Source of the DNA: Eledone cirrhosa | Lineage: Eukaryota | DNA length: 64,000 bases | Reading direction: 5' to 3' | NCBI GenBank assembly: GCA_964016885.1 | Contig: OZ024753.1 | Span: 3,844,001-3,908,000, forward strand | Shown: positions 1 to 14,489 of the stretch, one piece after another | Layout of the letters: the number at the start of each line of letters is the position of its first letter | Position numbering within the stretch: the first letter of the stretch is position 1 | Notes under the pieces: model-generated | The model's input: only the letters and a program-made list of their open reading frames with translations | The model's database searches: none | Told to the model about the DNA's origin: nothing | Position numbers and translations under genes: made by a program

Positions 1-1805
1 AGCTGCGTATCATTGCGTCTCTTCCAATAATCACTTCCTAAATATCCCATTCACCGTGTCTCTCCCACATGGCATAGTTATAATTTTCTATTCATCTACT
101 CGATCCCATTTGCCTTGAACCAACGGAGACAACCTGGAGTACTGAGAGAGGGCTCATAATGTTTGCAAAGGACAGTACAACGCTTCTAGTGCTGGTGTCA
201 CTATAAAATACATCAAAACACACTTGAAAGAGAACGTACGATAGGTAAGAATTTGAAGTCTAATGTCCTTGCCACGATAACATGTAGCTAGTACAATCTA
301 TATATATTTCACAACACTTCTAAACGCATAGTAACACTACCAGCTTGGAAGGCAGATTTAACATGAGGAGGATGATGATGATTATGTCGGTGATAAATAT
401 TACGATGATGACAATGAAGATGATATTCCTAATAATGATATTGATCATAAAGACGAGGATGATTATCATCATCATGACGATGTATTTTAATCCTATCTAT
501 TTCTTATTCTCTGTTTAACCTTCTTTCCTATAAAACTCATAAACTTTTGGAAAAGAAATCTCATCTGCTTCATAATTCAATAAATCAATATTTTCTTTCT
601 TCCAATCACCTATGTGTTCAAATATTTCGATAGTTCAAAGTTTTTCTCCTAATAACTGCAGAAGATGTCTCATAAGCCCGCTGATGCGATAATTCGATAG
701 TTCAAAGTTTCCATCTCTCAATAATTGACGTTTTCATTCACTCGAATAGAATAATGAAAAAATTTAATCTTATTAAATATTATTAATTCGAATCTAAACT
801 GTAGATCCGACAGCGATGGATCGATAATAAATATTTAGTAAATTAAAACTAAATTTGTAATTAAAGTTGAAATTAATTTGAAAAAAGAAATCTGTAACTG
901 GGCAACATCGATCTTAACTTCAACTGTAGATCGAATGAATAGAAGAAGAAAAAGAGAAAACATCCTTTAAAATGTTAAATTATATAAGAGAAAGACTGAG
1001 TAATTTAGAAGAAAACGGTGAGATCGACATTGTATTCCCCATGATAATAATCGAACTACATCCTCTACCACCTCACCGTCCTCTTCATCCCCTCTTCATC
1101 ATCATCACCACGATAATAATCCAGCTCCCCTATTTCTACTCCCTTATTTCTTCTCCCCTTCTGCTCCAGTCTCCTTCTCAAACTCCTCTTCTACTCCATC
1201 ATCATATTGATTATCGCCGTAATTAAGTACCTGCAGCATGTGGTCTTCTTGTGTTCAGAGTTTAGGATGATTATATCAGATAAGATCCAATGCAATAGAT
1301 AACAATTTTTCGTTTCGCGATAAATCGTTCGTTTTCTAAAAAATTAAAATGTTACGACGTTCTTTATTATTTTGGGACTGGGGAATGATATAACTCATCC
1401 AAAGCGTTCTAACAGATGAACCACGCAATCGGTGAAAAATCAAGATTTGCCATCAATAGAGGGCTAGTGAAAACTATGGTCGAAGATGTCCTGAGAGCAA
1501 TTCTGGGTGTCAATGAAAGTCTGAGTAACCGGTTCTGGAATATTTTCGGGTAGGGTATAAGGATATTTTATGAAACATCTTATATTGTGCCACCTCACCT
1601 ATATAACATTTGTATTGTGTCCAATATGTTAATAAAAGAAATCACTACCTCTACTACTACTACTACTAATAATAATAATACAACCATTACAATAACAAAT
1701 GCTGCTACTACTACTAATACTACTGGTAAACAACTTTACATTGTTAATTCCAGTTTTTTACCTTTCGAAAATAAACACCACGGAAGTCATTTGTGCCTTT
1801 CATCC

Positions 1806-2019
1806 TTGGCACTATCGGTAGAGCATCATACAGCAAGCTTTGTAGCACATAGTTATTGCCCTTTATGTTCTGAGTTCTAACACTACCGAGGTTAGCTTTG
1901 CCTTTCATCCTTACAGAATCGCTAAAATAAAGCATCAGTAATGCACTGGAATCGATTTAATCAACTTCCCCTCCTCTCCCCCAAATTTCTGGTCTTGTAC
2001 CTATAGTAGAAATCATTAT
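1806..2019 (+). mobile_element. tRNA-derived SINE, main family of this window (5'-eroded copy)
   Basis: TTGGCACTATCGGTAGAG head, B-box-like TCTGAGTTCTAAC, core GCTTTGCCTTTCATCCTTAC..AAAATAAAG and tail GGTCTTGTACCTATAGTAGAAATCATT; matches the copies at 2708, 18995, 26930 and 35062. Confidence 0.85.
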
Positions 2020-2707
2020 CTAATACTACTGATTATTGCTGGCGCTGTTGATGTTGCTATTGTTGCTGATGTTACATTTGCCACCGCTACCGCCGTCTTC
2101 ATCACTGCGTGAAGTGACTTCACTCGTACAATATTCACAATACTGTGAATACCACATGTTTCCAGATTTCTGTGACCTCAATGGTTAAGAGAGTTCTTTA
2201 TTGAGAAATTAGAACTGACATTTAAAACTAGCTGACACAACATATCCGCTGGCTATTTACATACCAACCATAATATATATACACACTTTTTTCTTTTTTT
2301 TTTTTTCTCTAATGAAAATATTTTCGGATCTTTAATGGAAAGTCACTTTTCTAACCCGTTAGAGACGCTTTGGTCTGTCCTTCGGCAAGACCCTTAACAT
2401 ATTATATTACTCTTCTCTAAGAGCTGTCCAAAATAGAACTAATTGATTTCATTATATGCCACCTCGTACTCAAGACCAACAACAACAGTACCACTACCAT
2501 TAGCACTACTACTACTAGCACCACTAACCTTAGCATCACTCCACCCCCGCATGAAAAGAAAATCACCAGCAATAACAAGAGTACCATCACAAATATGATG
2601 ACTCCGCCATCTACAACCACTCCACCTATTCCTCTTTCTACTGCTACCATGACGAGGCTTGACGACACCAGTATTCATCATAGCCACGATCATTATCTTC
2701 ATCTTCA

Positions 2708-2894
2708 AAGGGCGGTGGATTGGCAGTATCGGTAGAGGGTCGGACGCCATGCTTTCCAGCATAGTTACGTCCCTTTACGATCTGAATTCAAATCCCGCCG
2801 AGGTTGACTTTGCCTTTTATCTTTACGGGGTCGATAAAATAAAGTACCAGTAATGCACTGTGTAATTGCTGGCCTTGTGCCTAAATTAGAAACA
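2708..2894 (+). mobile_element. tRNA-derived SINE with 16-bp target-site duplication
   Basis: Starts GGGCGGTGGATTGGCAGTATCGG (A-box-like), has TCTGAATTCAAATCCC (B-box-like) and core GACTTTGCCTTTTATCTTTACGGGGTCGATAAAATAAAGTACCAG; flanked by ATTATCTTCATCTTCA at 2692-2707 and 2895-2910. Confidence 0.92.
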
Positions 2895-3099
2895 ATTATC
2901 TTCATCTTCATGTTCTATATCTATTAGTATGTATATCACATCGAAACCGGATTATGTAAACTCATCAGTTAAAATATATTTAGACGCGAAAAAAAAGCTG
3001 CCAGAGTCGTTTGTGAGGAATCGAACGTGGCATCTCTTGAATAGCGTGCGAGTGTGTTAATATCTACATTGAGAAGTAACTGATATTCTCTTTAATCTT

Positions 3100-3950
3100 T
3101 TCAGAGGACTGTACAGTCTGGGGCTAGAATGTAAACGAAATTATTAGGCTTGATATGGTATGTATGTTGCAGTTCCCCTGGGTTGTTCAGAACAAAATAC
3201 TACATCTGGCCTAGGGAATGTTTGAAGTGATGAAAAAGATAAACCTGGTGAAGTTACATTCCCACGAGAAGAATAGTGCGGCGACGCATTTGAATGAAAG
3301 ATTGCCAAGTATCAAACACGTTTCCAGAAGTGTAAGGAGAAATGTTGGCAGGCATGGCTGTTTCTATTTGAGGTGGGTTGTAGGGGCTACCCGGCCCGGA
3401 TCATTCCGTTGGAGAATTCCCACAGTGATTGAAATGACATGTAGAGAGAAGAAGGCTACAGTTTGCAGGATGAGGTAGGTAGCAGAAAGGGCATTTTGTT
3501 GGCTTTAAAGCAGGAGAAAGGAGATAGGTTGGAAGCCATGAGTGAAAGATGAATAGTAATTTGTTCACTTCTGACTAAACAGCGATGATAATTGGGTACT
3601 TCTAATGATATAAACTCTCATGGCCAAGGCTATGTTCACCGAGGGGAATAAATGTGAGGCACCTTCTTGAAGATGTAATTATGCATACGGAATCCCATTT
3701 CGGTCATATATTCGCAATCATAATACCTTTGATCATCACCCAAGGTTCGTGGCCAAAATAACTATTGGTTGGCATGAATACCGAATTGAAGATAACGAGT
3801 TTGACTTCTACACCTTTCTCCCGTCTTCTGATGACCGAATGCTAAAACAGGCGCATTACTGCATCAGACCCTACACATCTTGCACATAATTCCGCCTCAC
3901 GTCTTCCAACGTTCGCGAACAGAGGCCCGACATACGTGAATTTCTCTTTC
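3100..3950 (-). mobile_element. Decayed CR1/L2/Jockey-group LINE 3' fragment
   Basis: Locally higher GC. Minus-strand reading gives only fragmentary resemblance to post-RT motifs of CR1-group ORF2 (R.VA.LSL.Y-like and F..LQSF-like). No open frame. Confidence 0.35.
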
Positions 3951-4330
3951 TATTGGCCGGAATTTGCGGACAACGTGGCATTACTTAACATTTCTATTTA
4001 AGAAATAAATTGTTTACATTTTACACAAAACGATAGAGTGCTTTAAATACTATGATACTTTAAATACACATTCTAATACATTCAAACACAAACAAACTCT
4101 CATTTAAGAATGGGCATGAGAAGTGTGCGTGAGAATGTGTGAAGACAAGGATATTAAAACATTTCACTCGAAGTGCAAAGTTAAATACTAATTAGAACTA
4201 TGACAGTGTTGCCCCTGTGGAAAAAAAATCAATCGCTCAGTAGAACTCAATAAGTAAAGCTGAGTGTATTCATGGTATTGAAAATCGCTTTACTAAAAAT
4301 TCTAGGTAAACAAGTATTCTAATATTCGCA

Positions 4331-5361
<1,031 letters not shown>

Positions 5362-6324
5362 CATAATCCATATAATCCAAAGCATCTGATCGTTACAACG
5401 CCTGAAAGCTAAATATGCTTCATGACAGACAAATTACAATTTAGCCAGAATGATATAATGCTTCGAACGTTAATTCGACATATTTCAAATGAAATATTTG
5501 AATCAACAATTTCCTCCTCTCTCTCTAAAGTGCATTAATGATATGACTAACTGAACAACTCGCTAAGCATTATTCGCCTCTCTTCTTTTTGATTATTTAT
5601 TTTCAAAGTTGTTTGGGAAATAAAACAAGACAAACAGTCGAAGAAATAATACAAACATAAACAAATTCTGCAACCACAAAGAACAAAGTGATTGATCATT
5701 CGCTTCATGTGCTGGAACGAAGAAATAAAATAATAGAAAATTATAGGATCCCAGTTATGCGTTAATGTTGTCATTTGGCAATAGGGAAGAAGCAATTAGA
5801 GATGAGAGACAAAGAAGTGTGTGTTTAGTTAATTAGAGGATATGATCGAATCCCTTGATTACCAAGCTGGATGTTACCTTATTAATATGAGTTGATCTGT
5901 GAAACCCTAATCACGATGCGTTTCATCGATTATGAACTTGTTTTAGGTTCAGTTGCCCATGGGCATTTGAAATATTTTCTTAGCTTGTAATGGTGTAGAG
6001 TAATTGTTAAGGTTTGATTCTCGTGGGTCAAAATTGAGAGCCGGTTTCAATTCGTTTAAACCACTAACACTCTTAAGGGATGTAGAATAATCTCTCCACT
6101 TCACTACATTTTACATTAGCATTATCTCCGAATAATTTATTGATATTTTTCTTTTGTATTGGATGAGAATGGCTGATCAGTGTATAGTCTCACTTTGTAG
6201 AAAATCTACGAGTCGGTTTCGATTACTGTTAAAACCTTGTAGGCTAAACATATTTCGTTCAGACTGTGATGGATGTGGAAGTAATGGTACAGATGTATAT
6301 AAGTCATTCTCGCTACAAAACATT

Positions 6325-6460
6325 GGGCTGGCGAAAATATTACAGCGTGGATTGAAAAACCTGGTCTCATTCATTCTGGTTTCTCGCATTCTGAGTTCAA
6401 ATTCCACAGAGGTAAACGTTGTCCTGTATTCTTCCTAAGTCGGTAATTTGGATTACTAGT
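6325..6460 (+). mobile_element. Old degenerate copy of the main SINE
   Basis: CATTCTGAGTTCAAATTCCACAGAGGTAAACGTTGTCCT resembles the B-box/core junction of the main SINE. Confidence 0.5.
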
Positions 6461-6734
6461 CTAAGAATTGATTGAAAAGATTCCAAAGGTCATTTGCTTA
6501 ACGAGTGAGAGGGGGTCAAATAGGTCCATGGAAAAAAATGTTTTCACAGGTCTTTTCATTGCTGATAATATCTAGCGGTCCCAACTCCTGGCAGAACTAG
6601 CAACGTGAAATAAAGTGTCTCGTTCAAGAACACAACGCATTGCCAAATGCGGGAAACGAATTCGGAACCTCACGATTGCGAATCAAATTTTCTAACCACA
6701 AAGCCACGTGCATTGACGAGTCTAAAGCAGGAAT

Positions 6735-6870
6735 TGGTGGTGAATTTAGAGTATCAGACACATTGCATTGAGTTATTTGTCTCTGTTCCTTGCAATCTGA
6801 GTTCAATTTTCGCAGAGGTCATGTCACCTTTGCTTTGTACTCCTGCAGAGGCGATAAGTTGAGTACATTT
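6735..6870 (+). mobile_element. Old degenerate copy of the main SINE
   Basis: TCTGAGTTCAATTTTCGCAGAGGTC...CCTTTGCTTTGTACTCC..GGCGATAAG..GAGTAC matches the SINE B-box and core. Confidence 0.5.
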
Positions 6871-7814
6871 CTAAAACAGGGAATTGTTAAATCATCGAAA
6901 GAATTTCATTACAGTATTTAATCTGTGTCTTTGCTTTCTGTGTTGAAATATAATTGAGATCTACTTGGCTTTGGTGTCAGATTTAATTTGATACTCGGTT
7001 TAACAACAATATTTGGACCTTGTTCAAGATACTACCCCCGCGTTTATCCTGTTTTACATATCACAGTTAGTAGATAACCCTGCCAATTGAATGCCGTACC
7101 ATATTCATATTTCTGTTTTCAGAAAAAGTTGTTAGTCCTTCGGACAAGACATTTCTTTTATTGAAAGATCGCATGTTTTACGAAGTATGACTCTTCACAG
7201 AGCGCAACGTATCTGATTTTGAGGGAGGGAAGGGAGACAGTAGGAGTTTAAGGGTTACGAGATCGGCCCCAGTATTTGAATGGTGTTCACATAACTACAG
7301 CGTAAGAAATGAAAGAAGAATTTAATCTCGATAGGATGACAACTCATTGGTCAGTGCCAGAAGAAATACTACAAGGCATATTCTAACTGACGTAACGCTA
7401 TCTATGAAGAAATGATAAATAGTTGGCCTGTATATTCAAGATTAATTCTTCATACAACAGAAAGCTACAAAAGGCAGTTAGATATCATATGACGTGGAGA
7501 TTCATGCTTCATATATTTATCTCTCCAGACACCCGATATAAGCGTTAGTATATATAATTAGCTCTTTCCATTGGCTGAAGTGTTAGAGTTTCATACACTA
7601 GGCCTATGTTTAAGCTGCTTGTAATATGAGTTCATATCACCCCGTGGGCAACCTTGCTTTGCATTCATTTCGAGGACCGATATATATCAAAACAGACGCT
7701 ATATGAATGGATATACAATTCCCCGCTCGGTTTTTCATTTTTCATACGATTTTGGGTAATTTTAGTACAATACACTCAGTTGCATATAACCTTGATTTTT
7801 AGTTTATTATATAT

Positions 7815-7858
7815 AAAAGATAGAGATAGAGAGAGAAAGAGAAAAAGAGAGAGAGAGA

Positions 7859-7913
<55 letters not shown>
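7815..7913. repeat. (AG)n microsatellite
   Basis: Directly visible. Confidence 0.95.
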
Positions 7914-7918
<5 letters not shown>

Positions 7919-8042
7919 GGCTAACACCAACTTTCGATTCTGGATGTATGTAAAGTAAATTTATCATCTGTAGAATTTGAACTCAAGACAAACTTGCCCA
8001 TTATATAAATGTTTATAAAATAAAGAAGAAGTCAGCTATTTT

Positions 8043-8222
8043 GTGGAAGGAATTAATCGATTAAATATATTACATTACTGGTATATTATTTAATCAATGC
8101 TGAAGGGATGGAAAACAAAATTCACCTCGGTGGGGTTTAAATTCAGAATATTAAAGACAGTAACTTGATATTACAATGTATTATGTTCCCAACCCTACCA
8201 ATTATACTGTAACACCACCGCT
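8043..8222 (-). mobile_element. Degenerate main-family SINE
   Basis: TTACTGGTATATTATTTAATCAATGCTGAAGGGATGGAAAACAAAATTCACCTCGGTGGGGTTTAAATTCAGAA is the reverse complement of the SINE core and B-box. Confidence 0.7.
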
Positions 8223-9774
8223 ATAGAATGTTATCTTTACTCTATCAGAACTTTGTATGAAATCGAAAGAAAACAATATTTCTGCATCTTCTAAATAAAC
8301 ATCAACATTAGTTGTTGCGGTATTTTATTGCTTTAATATTATCATACAATCATTGCCTTGGTTTTTATATCTGTTACAGTACATACTATATTCACATTGT
8401 TATTGCCTCACGAGAAAAAAGAAAACATTATTCTCCATCACTAAATATATAAGGATTTTGGTCCTAGACGAAAAATAATCAATAATTAAAAAAAAAATAC
8501 ATTATTCAAAATAAAGCGATTTTGTGCAAATCCAAAGATCAAATGAATTTGATCAGATTCTGGCATTAATGAGATCAAATTTTGCTCCAGTCAATTTACT
8601 TTGTAGTTCCAGAAATATTTTCTTTTTATTCATATCAGCCATTGAACTGAGGCCTTACTTCAATGTTTGAATGCCTCACTGCCAAAAGTTTAGCAAATCA
8701 TATCGTGTCAGGAACATATTTTATATTATAATCTTGGTACATTAATACCAGAATGCGTTTATCTCTCTCTCTCGAACAGACAAGAAACAGGACATATGTG
8801 AACAGAGACATCGAATGTCAAGATTCCTTAACCTCTTTGTAAATCCCTCCTTATTTGAAGTGATATTGGTTTCAAGACATGGCATAGTATCAAAGTATCA
8901 CAGATCTTCGTCATATTGAAATCTCATGACTCAGTGGGGTGGGAGCGTTGTATCGTTAAATAGAATTGAAAGATGTAGGCAGTCTGTATATTCTATAGTG
9001 ATTTGACTGCGCTCATCCCAAACCACACACACACACACACACATTTATATATATATAATATATATATATATATTATATATATTGTAAGTGTGTAGTAACT
9101 AGAGTTAGAAGCGGATCGCCGTTCCAAGCACTCGATGGGGTTATACATTCTGCACGTTTTGGGTTGTATTCCAGAGAGAAGCCGACTATTTTGTGCAGTG
9201 TGTAAATAAAAGTAAGGAACAAATTCAATGATGCAACACACATATACAAACATACATACATATCTATATACACTTTATTGACATATTACAATCGTTTCAA
9301 AAGCTCAGAGTACCATCTTAATGACCTGGATCCCATTCTTTCTCGACATCTCTTCAGATATAAAAGTTTATAATTAATATGGGATAGACAAGTAAGGTGT
9401 AGAAACACATTTTATTTGTCTGGCATGGTTCAACAGGAAAGGGATTTATTTAAAAATAGGTTAACATCTTGCACAAGCACCATTATTTATATACAGAGAT
9501 GTGTCTATATATTTGAATCTGAGCATTGACTCGAGATTTCAGCTTAATACCTTAATTTAACGCATTAAAATAAATATTTATTATCTAAATATGCATGCGT
9601 GATCCCGTACCTCCTGAGAGAGCCGTTGGGGCACTGTAATGATATATGGCATTTTGAAGGCATTTTCTATAGCTGGCGCTGCTGACCCCGGCCTCCAGGT
9701 TTGAACTCAGCATAGTTCTTCCAGAGTAGGAGAGAAAGTGAGTGACAAAATGGAAGTGAGAACGTGATGTCAAG

Positions 9775-9939
9775 GAAGAAACGATCCCAATACATGACGG
9801 CTACATTTTTTATCGACCTCGAACGGATGAACGGCAAAGTTGACCTCGGCGGGATTAGAATTAAGAGACAACAGAGCGGAAATGAATACCACGAAGTATT
9901 GTATCCGACGTTCTAACGTCTCTGCCAATTCACCGCCTT
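9775..9939 (-). mobile_element. Main-family SINE (related subfamily)
   Basis: TTTTATCGACCTCGAACGGATGAACGGCAAAGTTGACCTCGGCGGGATT...CTGCCAATTCACCGCCT is the reverse complement of head plus core. Confidence 0.85.
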
Positions 9940-10019
9940 TTATTACCCATATACAATCTCTAATATGAAATAAACTTTAAGACAGAAGATACATAAGATA
10001 CATAATCACATTTCTCTAA

Positions 10020-12049
10020 CACCGGAATAGAGTTGTTGAACAACCATCACAATAGCCACCTGCGCCAGTGTGACGTCATGAGATCTTAACATAATTATGT
10101 GGGTGTCTTGATATGTTGTTAGCTAACGCGACCATAAACAACACAGTTACTAGTAATATAATATGTAATATTATATATTTCGTATATTGTAATTCACTAA
10201 TTACATTTGCCAGGTTGTTATTCTAACATACTATATATATATAGTTTAATTTGCTTATGTTAAATGATTTGTTTTATATATGTTTCAGGTTAAATTTAAA
10301 TTATAAAATAAAGAGTAATACCTAAAGAAAATTATAAAAGTGCAATAAAGTATGAAATTGTTAAAAAGTGGATTAAACAGATTTATTGATACTGGCTTTT
10401 CTCACCCTGAATAAAGGGTAAGTTGTGTTTTAAGCACGAATTTTCATTAGTATGATTAGTGTTCTTTTATATGATTTAAATATGTATTTCCCTTTCCAAT
10501 ATTTATTTTGTATTGCATATCAAATTTATTTTCCAAGACAAGTATTCTGAGGAGATGGATGCTGAGGACTTGGATTACCTTCCTGAGGTACCAGAACAAG
10601 TTCCTCACTTCCCACCTCAAAAAGAAGTCAATGACTTGTTCAGGGATATGGGGATGATCAAGTCCAATGCAGAGCTATTCGTCTCCAGGATGAAGCAGTG
10701 GAACTTGGTCAAGGAGGAAGTGCAGGTGACAAGTCAGAGAAGTCGACACGAACCTTTCTCAGGCTTTTACACTCTTAGGGATGGCCTCTGCTTCTGCCAT
10801 GACGTGCCTGGACTGTTTGACATTATTGGGGTGCCGTTTGTGCCCAAGGAGTGGCGGCTATTCATAGACAGCTCCACTACAAGTTTGAAGGCTGTCCTCC
10901 TCCATAATGGAAACAAGTTCCCAACACTGCCCCTAGCTCATTCATCTGCCCGAAGGAAGATTACTACAGTGTGAAAGTCCTCTTGGAAGCTCTGCAATAC
11001 AACCAGTACAACTGGGAAATCATTGGAAACTTCAGGATGGTGGCTTTCCTGCTTGGCCTCCAAGGAGGCTTTATCAAATTCCAATGCTTCCTCTGCCTTT
11101 GGGACAGCAGAACCACATCTGGCCACTACAAAAAAAAAAGAACTGGGAGCAGCGAAGAGAATTTGTAGTTGGGACCCGGAACGTCATGTGGGAGCCATTG
11201 GTTGATCCTAGGATTGTGCTCATACCGTCACTGCACATTAAGCTGGGGTTGATAAAGCAGTTTGTGAATGCTCTCAACCAAGAATCAGCCACTTTTAAGT
11301 ACCTTCTTGAGTTTTTCCCCAAGTTATCTGAGGCCAAAATCAAAGGTGGAATTTTTGTTGGACCTCAGATAAAGAAGGTGTTTGAGTCTACCGAGTTCTC
11401 CAATAAGCTCAATAGGATTGAGAGAACAGCATGGAACTGTTTCAAGGCAGTTGTTAAGGGCTTCCTTGGCAACTACAGAGCTGAAAACTACCAGCAACTG
11501 GTGCAGGATCTGATAAAGGCTTTTGGCGCCATGGGATGCAGGATGTCGCTTAAACTCCATATGCTGGACGCTCACCTGGAAAAATTCAAGGACAATATGG
11601 GCACCTACTCAGAAGAACAAGGCGAACGATTCCACCAAGATGTGAAAGATATAGAGCGGAGGTACTAGGGCCACTACAATGAAAAAATGATGGGGGACTA
11701 TATCTGAGGGCTAGTGCGGGAATGCGACCTGGACTACAACCGTAAATCCAGGAAATCCATTCATTTCTGACGTGTATAAGTTGCTTTATAAGTGTTATTT
11801 GTTTTTACTTGTTTGCTTTTGATACGCTTGTGTAATAAAATAAATATATACTCTGTTGATTTAATTTTATGAACTGATAAATTTTTAAAAAAAGGTGTTT
11901 TTTTTAAATATGAAAATTTCGAAATATCAAACTCCTGACCACAAACCCAAACTTCTGATGAAATAATAGTGATTTTTTTAATAATAATGGGATAAACAAA
12001 CTATGAAATGACACTTAGAACCGAGGAACCAAAAATATGTTACACGGTG
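10020..12049 (+). mobile_element. CMC-superfamily DNA transposon, Chapaev3-like, ~2030 bp, internally deleted and non-autonomous
   Basis: Termini 5'-CACCG (10020) and CGGTG-3' (12049), flanked by TAA (10017-10019) and TTA (12050-12052). CAC..GTG ends with TWA flanks are characteristic of Chapaev3. Encloses the transposase pseudogene below. Confidence 0.75.
10538..11770 (+). pseudogene. Chapaev3-type DDE transposase pseudogene (2 frameshifts, 2 premature stops)
   Basis: Joined ORFs 10513-10974, 10971-11168 and 11084-11668 give WRLFIDSS..SLKAVLLHNGN, CFLCLWDSR, LHIKLGLIKQFV, KIKGGIFVGPQI, MSLKLHMLDAHL and SEEQGERFHQD. The frame continues RRY*GHYNEKMMGDYI*GLVRE...IHF* to 11770. Frameshifts lie near 10950 and in the A-run at about 11130-11139. 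The N-terminal Cys-rich domain is not visible. Confidence 0.88.
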
Positions 12050-12289
12050 TTATGTGACATTAAGAGGTGAATTTACATTTCTAATATATACACAGATTTC
12101 TATATATTAATAAGGAAATTTGAGAGAGTCCTGTACCATTTCCTTTTAATTGTATGTCTAGATGAAACATGTGTAAGACTTCTAAAATGTTACACACACA
12201 AACACACACACACACAATATAAAGATGAGGTTTGTTTGCATAATTGCGAACGAATCGAATGTTATTACTCAGATTATATATATATATAT

Positions 12290-13010
12290 ATACTTTGCCA
12301 CAAGCATGGTGTCCCATTATGAGGTCTGTGTTTGTGTGGGGGCTGGATATATTCACTCGTGGATGAGAGGTTGACACACTGATGGATAAGAGCATCTCAT
12401 GTACTCAACAGATATCCACACCATCTCTTGTAATGGAGTCAGGTATATTCATACGCATAACCATGCATATTTGAGCCAGTAGAGAAATGAAGCTCTCTAC
12501 ATCCTTTCTATATAATGCCTTTAAAGTTAACAAGCAATCATGTCTGTCTAGATCACAAATTAGTCTTTTCGTAGGCCTGGTGCTAGTCGCTTTCTCTACT
12601 TAAATCAACGTGTTAACTGGTTTCTCACCCAATAGTCTAAACACTATTCAGCAATTAATCCTTGCTCTGTCAGTCCTCAGTTGTGTAACGCCCCTTCTGC
12701 ACTTTGTATTTTCCATGTTGCGTTTTCCTCAAGCTTCCAAGGCAGCTCGACTCTCTTCTCAAGTTACCATATCATCCTCATCACTGAAAATCTATGGCGA
12801 GGTACAGTTTCGAGATTGGAGGACAGTACAGTTTTGTAGCAATCCATCCTACTTGGATATCTAGCAGGTTTCCTATTCACCAAATATTGGATTGATGGTA
12901 AGTCTGGTCGTCTCCTGAGGACAACATCCTCTGTGGTCGGATTTTGCTGTTGCTTCTCTGTCTATCCTCTCAGTCTTTTGAGCCCATTCTAGGAATAAAT
13001 CTCTTAAGTG
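12290..13010 (-). mobile_element. Decayed non-LTR retrotransposon fragment (probably R4/Dong-like, downstream of RT)
   Basis: Unique-looking sequence with locally higher GC and only scattered minus-strand residues resembling R4/Dong ORF segments; many stops. Weak. Confidence 0.3.
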
Positions 13011-14096
13011 CATTCTCCAAATCCTTGCTCTATATACCGATATATCACTTTAAATATTTCAATATTCTTTACAACTTCTCAAGGGAAAACTTATAGTGAA
13101 TACTACTTTGAGTCTTCCGAACAGTTGCTCTTATATTATTTTGTATTTTCAGTCAGTTCACTATTCCTAAAGCACTTCCAAAGAGCCAACACGAGACGCT
13201 GCTTTGTCTAACAATAATTATTAAAGCTGATGTCTTTGCTACCGCTGGAGGAAATGGCGATGGCGATCACACTAGTAGCGTTGATACTGGTAGTGGTGAT
13301 ATAACAGTGGGTTGTGGTAATGTTGATGAGTATGTTGTCATTGCTCGGTATGTTATTCTTGGTTCTGTCTTCACATTTGATGTTATTCGTTGCTGTTTCC
13401 CTTTGTGTGGTAATTCTTGGCGTCTTTGTTCTGCTCAACTATGATTATAACAGCAATGGCTGTGGCGGTGTTGACTGATAAAGAATTGAATTTTGTTATC
13501 TGTCGAAATAGTGAAGGTAAGGATCTCAGTCGCAACCCCCACACCATACACGATGACTTATTACAATTTTGTCTTGTAAGCCGGCTAAAAAACATGATGA
13601 AAGCTTAGGGATTTCATATTATTTCTTCATAACATTTTTGTTGAAACATTTTCTGAAGATCTAAGTCCCCAATAGGGCGTGAAATGAACATCCTGATCAG
13701 CGTCTTGTGATTGCTCTCGGTTTTGTTACAAAAGGAAATACTATAATAGGAAAAATATATTCCTAAAAGGGCAAACTAACAATAATTGTTTTCTAACATC
13801 CGGAAATCTAGAGGTACATGACATGCAATGGAGGAAAAAAATAAAATAAAATAAAAATAATAATAGTAATAACAACAAAACAACAACAATTAAACAAATA
13901 TTAAAGTTGTAAAAAAAAAAAAAAAGATCTAATTTGGGGAAATTTATAGTTCCGTGGTTGTCCAGTTCTGAAAATATTCTTCGACAACAGATCCTAACAG
14001 AGAAAACTACAATTTTTCCATGTGACTAAAACATCACAACATCATTTCAGCCACACAGAAAATAACTTAACAATTGAACATTATATTTTATAATCA

Positions 14097-14127
<31 letters not shown>

Positions 14128-14489
14128 CCATATGTAAGGTGTGTCTGGTATGCATGTAATTAATACACACATATGCGTGTCTGCTTGTATGTGCGTGTTT
14201 GTGTGTATGCGGACGTTATATGTAACATTCTCCGCTAAGTTAATTTGCGTGTTAATTAAATGGGGAAAAATCAAGGAAATGTCACATTATTCAAAGTACA
14301 TCTAGACATGCGGCTATATTTAAAACAAGAAAATGACTATGTCTGATGTTAGGTGTTGCAGTTTATGTTTTCCTTCTTGTTCATCTTTCCGGAATATAAA
14401 AGTCAATGGAGAAGAAGAAGAAGAAGAAGAAAACAAAATGCACAACACGCAAAAATAAAATATTACTGAGACTTCCGACTCCTCCTCTT

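Noticed and set aside
2708-2800. A/B-box sequences as tRNA genes (also 18995, 22311, 58440, 63907)
   Set aside because: No cloverleaf; they continue into SINE bodies, some with TSDs.
5380-5420. AAGCAT-CTGATCG..GAAAGCTA..ATGCTT as a hammerhead
   Set aside because: Needs two assumed deletions to fit; cannot be distinguished from chance.
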